Source: Vitrella brassicaformis CCMP3155 (Eukaryota; Protista; Chromerida). From it: a DNA stretch of 64,000 nucleotides. The stretch is from NCBI GenBank assembly GCA_001179505.1, contig CDMY01000370.1, positions 1 to 64,000 of the forward strand, given 5' to 3'. The notes below the pieces were generated by a model that saw nothing but the letters and a program-made list of their open reading frames with translations, was not told where the DNA came from and did no database searches. Positions 1 to 11,570 of the stretch are shown here, one piece after another (the first letter of the stretch is position 1; the number at the start of each line of letters is the position of its first letter). The position numbers and the translations under genes are program-made.

Positions 1-409
1 GCCAGATGGACTTGGCCAGCTGCACCATCAGGTTGATGGGCAGGAAGGCCATCATGTAGCTGAGAAGCCCCTCCTGAAACACACGGAGCCATTGACAGAT
101 ACAGCCGGAATCGCCTTTAGTGCGTGTGGCTGCCTCACCGTGCCGCTGATCTGGTCGCACAAGGCTCTTTCCCTCTCAGCCCGACGCTGTCGCTCCTCGT
201 CGCTCTCAGCACCACCACCACCACCACCACCAGACGCAGCAGCAGCAGCAGCAGCCGATGAAGATGCTGCCGGTACGTTGCTACGGCGAGACCTTTTAAC
301 CTGCACCCACACACCCAACACACAAACACAGCCATCCCCTCAGATGACAGGTGCCATTCATTGGAGGCGGTGCTGTGATGCACCTCACCTGTCTACCGTC
401 CTCCTCCAT
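1..409 (-). CDS. 5' part (exons 1-3, runs off window) of a lineage-specific multi-exon hypothetical gene; paralogue of 7194..9363
   Basis: ATG at 409 gives MEEDGRQ|VKRSRRSNVPAASSS...RERALCDQISGT|EGLLSYMMAFLPINLMVQLAKSIW, with the same intron positions as the + strand copy at 7194. Confidence 0.75.
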
Positions 410-640
410 GGCTAGATGTAGATCTGACTCAGCGGCTGGTCTCTCCGCTGCGATGACAACTCCAAGGCCTTCTCTGAGGCCGCAGCTAATAAGCGATGCT
501 CAGGGCTCTATGACGTCCCTCCCTGACGCACAAACACACACAGTGAGGGCGGCACCGATGGCGGATTCGCCTTCTCCCTCTCTCCCTGGCGTACCTCAGG
601 AAGGACAGACGCGACGATGCCGCTCAGTCAACCCATCGAT
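1..640. repeat. Inverted duplication partner of 6961..7583 (upstream region plus first exons)
   Basis: Reverse complement of 1..640 aligns to 6961..7583, e.g. gactgagcggcat..cgcgtctgtccttcctgaggtacgcc and gctggccaagtccatctggc. Confidence 0.9.
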
Positions 641-1099
641 TTGAGGCCTCAGCCGCCCTCGATGCTGCACAGGGGTGGCTGCGTTCCCCTGCCTCCCTCC
701 ACTTGAATGGGAAAGACCTCCCAGCCAGCCCTGCGGTCGCCTGCAGGGTTTCAAACCCTGCGAGCTTAGACGTGCACTGTGTTCAGTTCGTTCGTTCGTT
801 CGTTTCTTGGCAGATCCCGCGCGCAGATAGCCAACAACCCAGGCCGTCCATCAGGACAGCTCATTGGCCGTCATTGACATCGCGGGTACGCAGATCAGAT
901 CTGGTTCATCCTTCCCACATAATGACTGACTTGCTGTCTGTGTGGACGTAGAGTTGCGGCTGTTTGCAGGGGATGTGACAGAGGGGCAGCTTCCATGGTG
1001 GCGGGCTCGGCAAGGGTGCGAGGACTCAACGGGCCAGCAAGGCGAAGAGGAAGGCGATGGCCCAACTTGATTCATCTGAGCGCGCTGTAGGCTGACAGA

Positions 1100-2411
1100 A
1101 TGTCATCCTCTGGCCCCTCAACGTGTTGGCGGCCCCTCTCACCGTCAGAAGCCCTCGATGCCATTCGCGCGGCATCGTCGCCAACTCATCCACCAGCACC
1201 AGGGCCGTCGGCAGCAGCATCTGGTGCCTCCCAGCTGGTGGTTGTGGTGCCCTATCGGCAGCGAGAGCACCACTTGAGGCGCTTCCTGCCCGCCATGAGT
1301 GGACTGCTCACGCAAGAGCAAAGAGGCGGGATGATAATGGTGGTTGAGCAGGCGTCTGGGATGCCTTTCAACAGAGGTGTGTTGTGGCCACAGGTGTCGA
1401 GAGGAACGATTGTCACTTGTGTGTGTGTGCGTTAGGCAGGTCTGTTGTTCAATGCTGCAGTGGCCACCATTCAGAGGCGCATGTCTGAGATGGGCTGCGC
1501 TGCTGACCGCCTGTGGTACATATTCCACGACGTCGACACTCTGCCAAACGAACAGAATGCAGGTCAGCTTCGTCAGTCAGTGTGCTACTCCACGCTTCGT
1601 GTCCGCCAGCTGTGCATATCGTCTGCCTGCCTGCCACCATGTGTGTGCAGCGGCGATGTCGTTCTACCGATCCTGCCCGCCTCCCCTGTGTGTGCGTCAC
1701 GCGTACGGCCACCCATGGGCGCTGTCAATGGTCTTTGCCATTCGGCATCACGACTACCTGCTGACCAAAGGTGGGCGGGCATCAATCCCATCGCATATGG
1801 GAGTGCATCCATGTGAGAGTTCTCTGTGTTTGCAGGTTTCTCGAACCACTACTGGGGCTGGGGATGGGAGGACAACGACTTCGAGCGGCGATGTCGGTCG
1901 GCCGGCGTGCACATCGACCGGCGGGCCTTCACCGACCGCCTCAGCCCCCCGGCCGCCGGCAGTGACAGTGAGAGTGAATCCCCTTGCCCCTTCATTGAGT
2001 TGGACAAGCCGTCTGAGAGCGACCTGGCCGCCAGGATCCAGCAGCCCGACGCACAGAGGAACCAGGAGGTGTTTGCCCGCAACCCTGATGACCACGGTGG
2101 GTGCGCAATCAGAAACAGCCGAGCAAAGCATCCATGTGGTATTTGATGGTTGCTTCGCTTTGCGTGTCTGTGTGCCAACAGGCTTGTCAGCGGTGGAGCG
2201 GCTGATGGACAATGGCTGCCTCTCAGCCCGTCTGCGGTTCGTCGATGTGCAGTCCTGCCCACCTCACCACACAGACAGCGGCCATGGGAGAGACCACGGC
2301 CACAGTCACTGTGACGATAGACGTGTCGGTTGGATCCTTGTGTCGCTGGACGAGGCGAGAGCAGACGAGTGGGGGGAGCTGTTGGGGTGGGCTGGGGAGA
2401 GAGACTGTTAA
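1100..2411 (+). CDS. Glycosyltransferase family 7 (beta-1,4-galactosyltransferase-like), ~5 exons
   Basis: Spliced product contains GT7 motifs VVVPYRQR, FNRG|LLFN, IFHDVD (DxD) and KG|FSNHYWGWGWEDNDF; GT-AG introns join the exons in frame. Confidence 0.85.
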
Positions 2412-2646
2412 GGGACGATGACACTGAGAGTGCACACGTACGATGGTTGAGGCAGCCATCTATGCATTGGGGATCGCGCGGGGGCCAATTCTGGGGGCGT
2501 CTTATCTTGAGACTGAGAGACGTCTCTGAAGTCTGCTTCTGTCGCCGCGCTGCACTCCCTCTGTCCACGAAAGTGAGGCAAACAAAGAGAAGTAGTGCCG
2601 CGGCTCCACTCTTGGGTTCTCTGCACTGCCAGGTCAGAGGTCAATC

Positions 2647-3405
2647 ATGCAGCAGCTGATCCTGTTGATCTTCGTTGTTCTCGCCCCCCTTGCGTCATGC
2701 GACGTTTTGTCGGTGAGCCTGAGCACTGGGACGTCATGTGACCTGAACGACATCGAGGCGAGCGGCGGCAAGACGCTCGACCAGTGGCTTTCGGGGAAGG
2801 CGTTGGCCTCCGCGGTCTGGCTCAGGCCGACAAGCTTCTCAGAAAGGCCGTACGATGTCGTGCTGGACTGGGGCAGCGACCTGACAAAGGTCAGTGACCC
2901 ACGTGAGACACCATGCATTGTATGGGTCATGAATGGGCCGGTTGTGCATGTGTCGCCAGGTGCTGACCATCGTTCAGGAGAAGGAGGGCTGGTGGCAATA
3001 CGGCCCACACGGAAGCATCGCTGCAGAGGTCAAGGCCACGGTGGATTCCATTGAGGCCAGGGAAACCGACAAGGGCACCGAGACCACCGTGGCCTCCCTC
3101 TACATCGCATACAAGGGGCTTAAGGCCGGAAAGGAGGCCTCACAGGTCAGACGCACGGATGGCTAGCCATACTTACATGGTCCCAGTTTTCCTGCCAGCC
3201 AGACTGATGCCTCTTATTGCTTCATGAATCCCTTCAGATCCTGCCGCGTATCCACGACGCGTGGTGCTACATCACCTACCTCCACGAAGGAGGCGTCTTG
3301 CCCAAGCGCAAGGGCCAGTTTGTGGCCTTCAACGACCTTCCAGCCAAGGGGCAGGCCAAGGACAGCGTGTGGGTCGACGCCGTCGAGCAAGTCATGTTCA
3401 AGTAA
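2647..3405 (+). CDS. Hypothetical secreted protein, 3 exons
   Basis: Signal-peptide-like start MQQLILLIFVVLAPLASC; in-frame exons ...DWGSDLTK|VLTIVQEKEGWWQY...KEASQ|ILPRIHDAWCY...QVMFK*; GC3-rich codons. Confidence 0.65.
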
Positions 3406-4105
3406 GAGTAGACTACCCGGCCGCCCAAGCGGATCAAGAGATCTCGAGCACAATTGCAATCTTTTGGCGATGACGCCTGCACAACGGATGCTGCATGAGT
3501 TGAGGAATACAAGAGACACGACAAGGGGGCGCACGTGACATATCAACAGAGGCCCTGTGCGCACCAAGAGAGCACGCTGACTGAGCTACAGTGGCACAAC
3601 CAGAAAAAGGAAACACGCACAAACTTCAAACACACCCAAAGGCATCATTGAGCCCACTGCACTAACGCGCGAACAGCGCTACTCATTCTCTCGCTCGCGC
3701 CTTCCCTCCCTCACACGCCTTGGTCGCCTCCGCTTTGCTGGCCTCGGCGTAGAAGGCCCGCAGCTGGTGCTGCGTCTGCTTTGTCTATCGTTTGAACTCG
3801 TGGGCGGCCGGGGGGTGGTAAGAGGACCAAGCCAAACAATCGTTCGTCAACCTGGCAGACGAATGGGTGCTGCCTTCTACCCAGTGCACACTTTGTCCAA
3901 TCCTGGCCATGAAGCGCGCGCAAATGCATTTACGTGCAGCCGCACTTTCCCAAGGCATGGAGGTGTTTTGCGAGAGATCTAAGCGCCTGAGCACTTCCTA
4001 AGGCCATCTGCAGCTGACCACAGCCAGCCGACAGGCGCATCTCTGTCCACCCTCCCTCTCTGCGCGTGGGCGCTTGACGAAGGCATCTGTGCTGTGTGTG
4101 TGGTG

Positions 4106-4820
4106 ATGTCGGGCAAAGGCAAGGGCGGCCGCGGCAAGACCGCCGAGAAGACCAAGAAGGTCAGCAGGGCAGATGGATCGATGGATGGATGGATGGATGG
4201 ATGGGCACCATGGATCTGTGTTATGTGTGGTGTGGTGCGGCGCCCTTTCTCGGTTCGTTCGTTCTGCAGGTGAGCCAGTCGGTGCGTGCGGGTCTGCAGT
4301 TCCCCGTGGCGCGCATCGCCCGCTACCTCAAGAAGGGCCGCTACGCCAAGCGGCTCGGCAGCGGCGCCCCCGTGTACATGGCCGCCGTGCTCGAGTATCT
4401 GTGTGCTGAGGTCCTGGAACTCGCCGGCAACGCTGCCCGTGACCACAAGAAGGTCAGAGAGGACAGAGAGGGTGGAGAGAGGGAGAGAGGGAGATGGGGG
4501 AGGGGAGGCGTGTGTGTGTGGGTGTGTACGTCAGACTCGCATCACGCCCCGCCACCTGCAGCTGGCGATCCGCAACGACGAGGAGCTCAGCAAGATGCTG
4601 GGCGACGTGACCATCTCCCAGGGCGGCGTCATGCCCCACATCCACGACGTCCTGCTGCCCAAGAAGTAAGAACACACCACACACAGGGAGATTCATGGGC
4701 CGAGGAGCCGCACACAAATCGGGGGGTGCCTTCTGTTGTGGTGTGTTTGTGTGTGTGTGTGTGTGCAGGTCTAAGGCCAAGGCTAAGAAGGTTGCAGAGG
4801 CCGCCAACAACGAGGAATGA
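4106..4820 (+). CDS. H2A: Histone H2A, 4 exons, C-tail ending ANNEE
   Basis: [18 protein letters not shown]|[61 protein letters not shown]|[18 protein letters not shown]...VLLPKK|[16 protein letters not shown]. Confidence 0.97.
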
Positions 4821-6569
4821 ACCGACACACACCACACCACACCACACCACATAATACGACACGATACACTGCAACACGTCATGACGGGCGAACCCACCTA
4901 CCGAGACACACACATCGAAACACCTATACCCACACCCATCCACACACACACACACAGAAACACACACACACAGATGGGGCGTAGCGGCGATTTTGCTGAC
5001 AGCCATCTCCCCAGGCACCGCCCCGACCCATACACACATACACGTGCTCACCTGTACATACCATCCATGAGTGTGTGTGTGTGGCCGTCGTCCCCCTTGG
5101 CTGACCTCTTCTCTCTTCCCGCGTCCGGCTGGCTGGCTGCCCTCTGTATCTCTCTCCCCCACATTTTTGGTGTCGATGGCCGGTTTTCAAACCCATCGTC
5201 CACACACCTATGAATGCTTCTCTTCCCTCCCCTTGAAAGCACAGACAGACAGACAGACATTCCACATCTGTGCAGCCGACACACGCCATCAAGATTGTTG
5301 GCCGGTAGCTCCGTCCTTTCCATGCCACCATGTTCATGTTTGCACGTTTCCATGGGATGTCTGCATGCATTGTGTCGATGAGTGAGTGCGTGTTAATTAA
5401 TCAGTTGGTTGTGCAGATGGCTGTCGGGTGAGGTGCCTAGGTCAATTCCTATGCGTGTCTGTCTAGATGGATGGATGGATGGATGGACGAATCGCACCGT
5501 GACGGACAGCTCCATATGCGCATGCATGTGTCAGTGTGACTCTTGCGTGTGCCTGCAGTTCATGTGTGTGCGCATGTGTCAGTGTGATCCCATTTCTTCA
5601 AGTGAGGTTCGTAGCCACCGATTGCACGTCCAATGCACTAATACGCACACAGTTGGTCGACTGACTCCTTGCATACCCCACCCGCATCCACAGACAGACA
5701 GAGAGAGAGGCAGACACACAGACACGTGATAGCCCCACCCACCAATACCATTGAGCGGTGCACATAGCTGCCTTCACGGACGATTTATTGGCGTGACAGA
5801 ACACGCCCACGACGCACCCAGCCAGGCAGATCCATCGGTCGCACCCACTATGCAACAGACGGAAGAAAACAACGCGAAAAACATGCACGCACGTACGAGC
5901 AGTAATGTGACCGTAGAGCCGAACGCTGTAGACACACTGGGGGAAACAGTATCGGTCTGCCTGGGTCGACTGACGAGCGCAGAGCAGGATGGCGGCCATC
6001 GTGATGACGCCATACGTACACCCACGAGCTGCAAAGCTGTGCTGTGGTACGTCCCACAGACAAACAGCACATTGAGGATTGCCAGCAGAGGGCCGACCAC
6101 TGCAAACAAAGCACCAAACGATGGCAGAGATGGGATGGCAACTCACTGCAAAGAGTGTCTTCGCAGCTCGCCTCCCTACCGATGCCGTCATGGCGACGAT
6201 GCCGGCCCATAAACTGACGTCAGGCATCAGGACAATCACTCTCGCTCCCTTCCATCAGCCAGCCAAGACTGCAAGCACCAACACAGCAAACAAACATCGC
6301 CCCTCTGCTTGCAGCAGCATCTCCCATTGGCTGACTCTCCAACACAGCAATGCCCAGTAGAAGCGCACCGTGGCCGCCACGTCAGGGAGATAAACACATC
6401 AGCCGACGCTTCGTGCCCCACAGCTCCATCGCCAGGCAGCTGCCTGGCAGCTATTAAGGGCCTCCTTGTCACACCCATCGTCATGGACACAGGAAGACAG
6501 ACTGGGGCTGGGATCCTGGTCGCCGGCAGCAACACACACTCGACGTGACGGTTGGGAGGGAAGGACACA

Positions 6570-6851
6570 CACAGCCGTCGACGGCGCTGCCTTGCTGGTA
6601 CAGGCCAAGTCGAGCACATGAATAATGACAGATCTCGATGGCATAGCTCTTGTCGATGATGATGGGCGAATGGTATCGATGTCGTCGAGGGCCGGGGGGG
6701 CGTCAGGGGCTGCCGAGAGGGGCGAGAGGAGGACATGCTGAGATCTCGCCGAGAGATGAACGATGACCTCTCAGCCGATAATGGCGCTTCTCACAGGCAC
6801 CCTCACGTCCGCCAAAGACGTCAATCAAACGAGCCCCTTTTCCCCCTCCAT
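6570..6851 (-). pseudogene. Possible decayed coding fragment
   Basis: Protein-like reading MEGEKGLV*LTSLADVRVPVRSAIIG*EVIVHLS...ALDDIDTIRP then, after a frameshift, IIIDKSYAIEICHYSCARLGLYQQG; two in-frame TGA; no family recognised. Confidence 0.25.
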
Positions 6852-6960
6852 GGTCTTCTTTGAGCTCGCAGATCAGAGAGAAGCGAAAGGAGGGAGGGGG
6901 AAGGAGAGGCAGCAGCATCGAGGGGGGGCTGAGGCCCTTTTTGTGCCTTCTACGCCTCAA

Positions 6961-7583
6961 GTCGATGAGTTGACTGAGCGGCATTCTCGCGTCTGTCCTT
7001 CCTGAGGTACGCCGGACAGGGAGAGAGAAGGCGAATTTGCCATCGGTGCCGCCCTCATGTGCTTTGTGTGTTTGTGCGTCAGGGAGGGACCCTGAGCATC
7101 GCTTAATTAGCCGCCGCCTCAGAGAAGGCATTGGAGTTCTCATCGCAGCGGACGGCAGAGAGACCAGCCGCTGAGTCAGATCTACAGCTAGCCATGGAGG
7201 AGGACGGTAGACAGGTGAGGCGCATCACAGCACCGCCTCCAATGGATGGCGCCTGTCATCTGAGGGGATGGCTGTGTGTGTTGGGTGTGTGGGTGCAGGT
7301 CAAGAGGTCTCGTAGCGACGCACCGGCAGCGTCTTCATCGGCTGCTGCTGCGTCTGGTGGTGGCGGTGGTGGCGACAGTGAGAGTGGCGAGGAGCGACAG
7401 CGTCGGGCTGAGAGGGAAAGAGACTTGTGCGACCAGATCAGCGGCACGGTGAGGCAGCCACACGCACTAAAGGCGATTCCGGCTGTATCTGTGATGGCCG
7501 TGTGCTTCAGGAGGGGCTTCTTAGCTACATGATGGCCTTCCTGCCCATCAACCTGATGGTGCAGCTGGCCAAGTCCATCTGGC
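6961..7583. repeat. Inverted duplication partner of 1..640
   Basis: See 1..640. Confidence 0.9.
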
Positions 7584-9363
7584 AGCACGCCGCACCCGAG
7601 CTCTCGGACGTCACCATCAGCTCGGCAACCAAGGAGGAGCGGTCCTTTTGGCAGCACGTCCATCTCGCCTTCGTCGCCCAGCTGGCCGCCCGACTCACCC
7701 ACCTCACGTCCATCACCCTCCGCTACCCCCTCGGCGCTGCTCGCTGGTGTTTGGACGTGCTTGTGGCCATTGCAGAGGGCCACATTGCCGGCCGACGCGC
7801 AGCCAACATGCAAGGAGGGACACTGCACACCCTCACCATCCAAGGGGGGGTTCAGCTGAGCGGCGCGGCGAGGCAGACCCTCTCGAGGACTCGTCCTCCC
7901 CTCCCAGCCCCTCTCGACCCGCCCCCCACCCTCCACGCACTCGAGACCATTGCTGGCCTGACCGACGGCCATCAGGGGCTGGCCAACCAACGCTGGCTGA
8001 TGCCCTCACTCGCCACTGTGCGGCAGTGGGGATGGGGTGCCGGCAGATTGGGCCAGTTCATCAGCTCGTCCCGCTCCCTGCGGCGTGTGGAGGGGACGTT
8101 TAGGGGTGAGGACTGGGCGGGTGTGTTTGACCGGGTCCCTGTGGCACCTGCTGGGCAGCAGGGGGGGCCACTCGCGCAGCTGGAGAGCATCGGCACCATC
8201 GTGGTCGATGACAATGACGCGGCGGGCATCCATCGGCTTCAGGTGAGACAAAGCACAGCACAGCGGCGCGTATGGGTTGGCTCATGATGTCCTTCCTGTA
8301 TGTGTGTGTTGTTGCCTTCAGGCTGTGCTCGTTGCGCGGGGCTGTCGATGGTCGCTGAAGCAGCTGCACGTGCGCTTTGGTGGTTCCTTCTACCCCATCG
8401 GCCGCCGCACCCTGCCCGTGCTGCTGGCCCTCGACCGGCTGATCGGCGCATGCTGCCGACAGGACGCCCAACTCACACTCACCACCGCCCGTTTGGAGTT
8501 CGACCTCTCCATCTTCTACCACCCCCACTTCCCCACCCGCCCCTCACCCTCATTCAAGACCATGATCCAACAGCTGGCCCAGCAGGCCACGAGTGTGTAC
8601 TACATCTTCACCCAAGACGGCCTCACCGACCCGCACGCCAACCCCAGCCAAGCGGCCATCGACATTGCATCCAGCCTCTCATTCGACGAGGCCACGAATG
8701 TGGAGGTCCTGAATGCCGACGACTTCCATCCCCCGGCCAATATTCCCTCCCCCCACCCCACCATCATCACCCACCTACAGCCCTTCTCAACCCAGGCCAC
8801 ACGGCTGTGCGTCGCGAGCGGATTGGGTGGTGCTGCTGGCGAGCTGCTGGCCGGCAAGATGCCCAAGGAGGTGCGGGTGGTGGACGTCGAAAGGGGGTTG
8901 GGTGGTGAGGAGAAGGTGGGCGTTTTGGCGGCGCTGGAGAGGGAGAGGGAGGTGGATACGGTGGTGATGGGGGCGGTCTGGGTCGACCAGCTGGTGGAGG
9001 CGGCCGGCAGATTGCCGACGATCAGGATGCTAGACTCCAAGCTGCCAGGTATGCCGAGAGAAGAGGGCAGTGTGTCCTTCCCTCCGTCCTCATTGTTGCC
9101 TTGTGTGTGTTCCCTTCCCTTCAGTGGCCGACGATGTGGAGGATGCGAGCAGCCTCGTCCGCGCCCGCCTCTCGTCGGTGATCCCGCACATCAGGGGCCT
9201 GCAGCGCGTGCATCTGAAGATCTGCAATACCGACGATGAGCAGGGTGCTTCCATCCGCGCCTTCCTCCCTGTCGGCATCAACATCGATGCCTTCAGCGTC
9301 CGAGGCATCGGTGGGTCGGTCGACGCCACATGGACGACAGTTACTGCAGTTCGCAATCCCTGA
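7194..9363 (+). CDS. Lineage-specific multi-exon hypothetical protein (5 exons; family has at least two members in this window)
   Basis: ATG 7194; introns ~7215-7298, ~7450-7510, 8243-8321 and 9049-9124 join long GC3-rich ORFs (7427..8287, 8277..9239, 9070..9363) in frame. Confidence 0.8.
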
Positions 9364-10034
9364 AGTGAGGGGACGGCACTCAATTCTCCAGACGGGCTAA
9401 TTCTCTGACCTCTGTGTGTGTGTTGGTGGTGGTGTCTGTCAGGCCGGCTATTGTGTGTGGTGGATCATTGGTAGCAGACCGGCAGTGCGGCTATTCTTAG
9501 CCGACGCATTCAGTCGCTGCCTAGCATAGCTGCGGGCTGTCTGTGTCTGTGTGTGTGATGACTGACTGGGTAGTGTACAGATTGACAGACGGACGGGGGC
9601 TGCATGATGCTGGCGCGGGAGTGAGCACATCACACACACACACACTCACACACACGCGCACACACACACTACTGTCGTGTGTTGTGGTGCTGGATGACGC
9701 ACAGACGGTGCTGCATCGACTGACTGACTCACTCACTCACCCACTTGTCTGTTTGTCTGTCTGTCTGTTTGCCTGCCTCCTGGCCTGCCTGTTTGTATCG
9801 ATCGCTTCTTGCTGCTGTCTGGCCCCTTCCTCTCCTGCCTCCCTCAGTTCCCCTCACCCATTGGTCGGGATGAGAGGACGGACAGCACAGAGGCGAGATG
9901 GGCGAGCCCAAGATGGTATGTGTGTGGATGCATTCGAATTGATACGACTGCGTGCCGTGGTGTCAATGTCTGTGTGTGTGTCGATCAAGAAGGAAGCTCA
10001 AGTCGGCCATTCGCACACCACCAAAAGACATTAT

Positions 10035-11395
10035 TGAGTCCATTGCACTAACGCGCAAACAGCGCCACTTATTCTCTCGCTCACGCCTTTCCTCCCTCAC
10101 ACGCCTTGGTCGCCTCCGCTTTGCTGGCCTCGGCGTAGGAAGCCCACAGCTGGTGCTGCCTCTGCTTTATCTGCCGCTTGAACTGGTGGGCGGCCGGGGG
10201 GCGGTGAGATGACCAAGCCAAACAATCGTTCGTCAACCTGGCAGACCGCTGCCTACCCATTGCGCATCCAGGGTCCTCTGCGGATGCGCATCTTCGCTAG
10301 CGGGACCATAGCAGCATTGTTCTGTGATCGTGCTTCTGGCCGGGACGCGCTAGTGGGTTGATGCACGCCGCCTCATTGTCCTGGCCGAGAGGGATGAATG
10401 GGATAATTATATGTTAAGGCGAGGTGGTAACGGACGGCGGGCAGCGCCGGCGCCAAGAAGGAGAAGCGCTTTGGGGCTTGTTGACCCTGGCCGCGAATTT
10501 TTAAGCGCGTTTACGTCACGCCGAGCTTGTTGGTGAAGGTTGTGATTTCGCGCGAGATCTAAGCGCCTGAGCCCTTCCAAAGGCCATCTGCAGCTGACCG
10601 CAGCCACCCGACCGGCGCATCTCTATCCACCCCTCCCTCTCTGCGCGCGTGGGCACCTCGTGAAGGCATCTGTGTGTGTGTGCGGTGATGTCGGGCAATG
10701 GCAAGGGCGGCCGCGGCAAGACCGCCGAGAAGACCAAGAAGGTCAGTGGGGAAGGCGTGGATGGATGGATGGACATCATTTGTGTGATGTGTGATGTGTG
10801 ATGTGTGATGTGGTGTGGTGTGATGTGGTGTGGTGTCCTGTTTGTTGGTTCTGCAGGTGCGTCAGGAGGTGCGTGCGGGTCTGCAGTTCCCCGTCGGCCG
10901 CATCGCCAAGTACCTCAAGAAGGGCCGCTACGCCAAGCGGGTGGCCAAGGGCGCCCCCATCTACATGGCCGCCGTGCTCGAGTATCTGTGTGCTGAGGTG
11001 TTGGAGCTCGCCGGCAATGCTGCCCGTGACCACAAGAAGGTCAGTGAGGGACAGAGAGGAGGGAGGGTGGGAGGGATGTGGGAGGGTGGTGGGAGGGGGA
11101 TGGGGGATGGGTGTGTGTGTGTGTGTGTGTGTGTCAGAGTCGCATCACGCCCCGCCACCTGATGTTGGCCATCAAGAACGACGAGGAGCTCGCCAAGTAC
11201 ACGAAGGACGTGACCATCTCCATGGGCGGCGTCATGCCCAACATCCACTCAGTCCTGCTGCCCAAGAAGTACACACCACACACCACACAGGGAGGTGGGA
11301 TGGCGGCCATCTGTGTGTGTGTGTGTGTGTGTGTGTGTGCTATCAGGTCTAAGGCCAAGAAGAATAAGGAGGCGGCGCCCAGCCAGGAGTACTGA
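10035..11395. repeat. Direct duplication of the H2A locus including upstream block (partner 3646..4820)
   Basis: 3646..3850 matches 10035..10246 without obvious indels; 3975..4160 matches 10555..10745; H2A intron positions are identical. Confidence 0.9.
10688..11395 (+). CDS. H2AX: Histone H2A.X-type variant, 4 exons, C-terminal SQEY
   Basis: [18 protein letters not shown]|[25 protein letters not shown]...DHKK|[44 protein letters not shown]|[15 protein letters not shown]; a terminal SQ(E/D)-hydrophobic motif defines H2A.X. Confidence 0.93.
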
Positions 11396-11537
11396 AGAAC
11401 CGACACAGACAGACAGACACAGACACACCGTAGAGACTGACAGACGACACCTACACGACACAACACGACACAACACACATACATGGACATGAGTAGGGTT
11501 TGGGGTAGATCTGTGTGTCGGCCGACCGGCTGACTTC

Positions 11538-11570
<33 letters not shown>

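Noticed and set aside
10548-10560. E2F-like TTTCGCGC upstream of H2A.X
   Set aside because: Single 8-mer in GC-rich DNA, not conserved in the paralogous promoter
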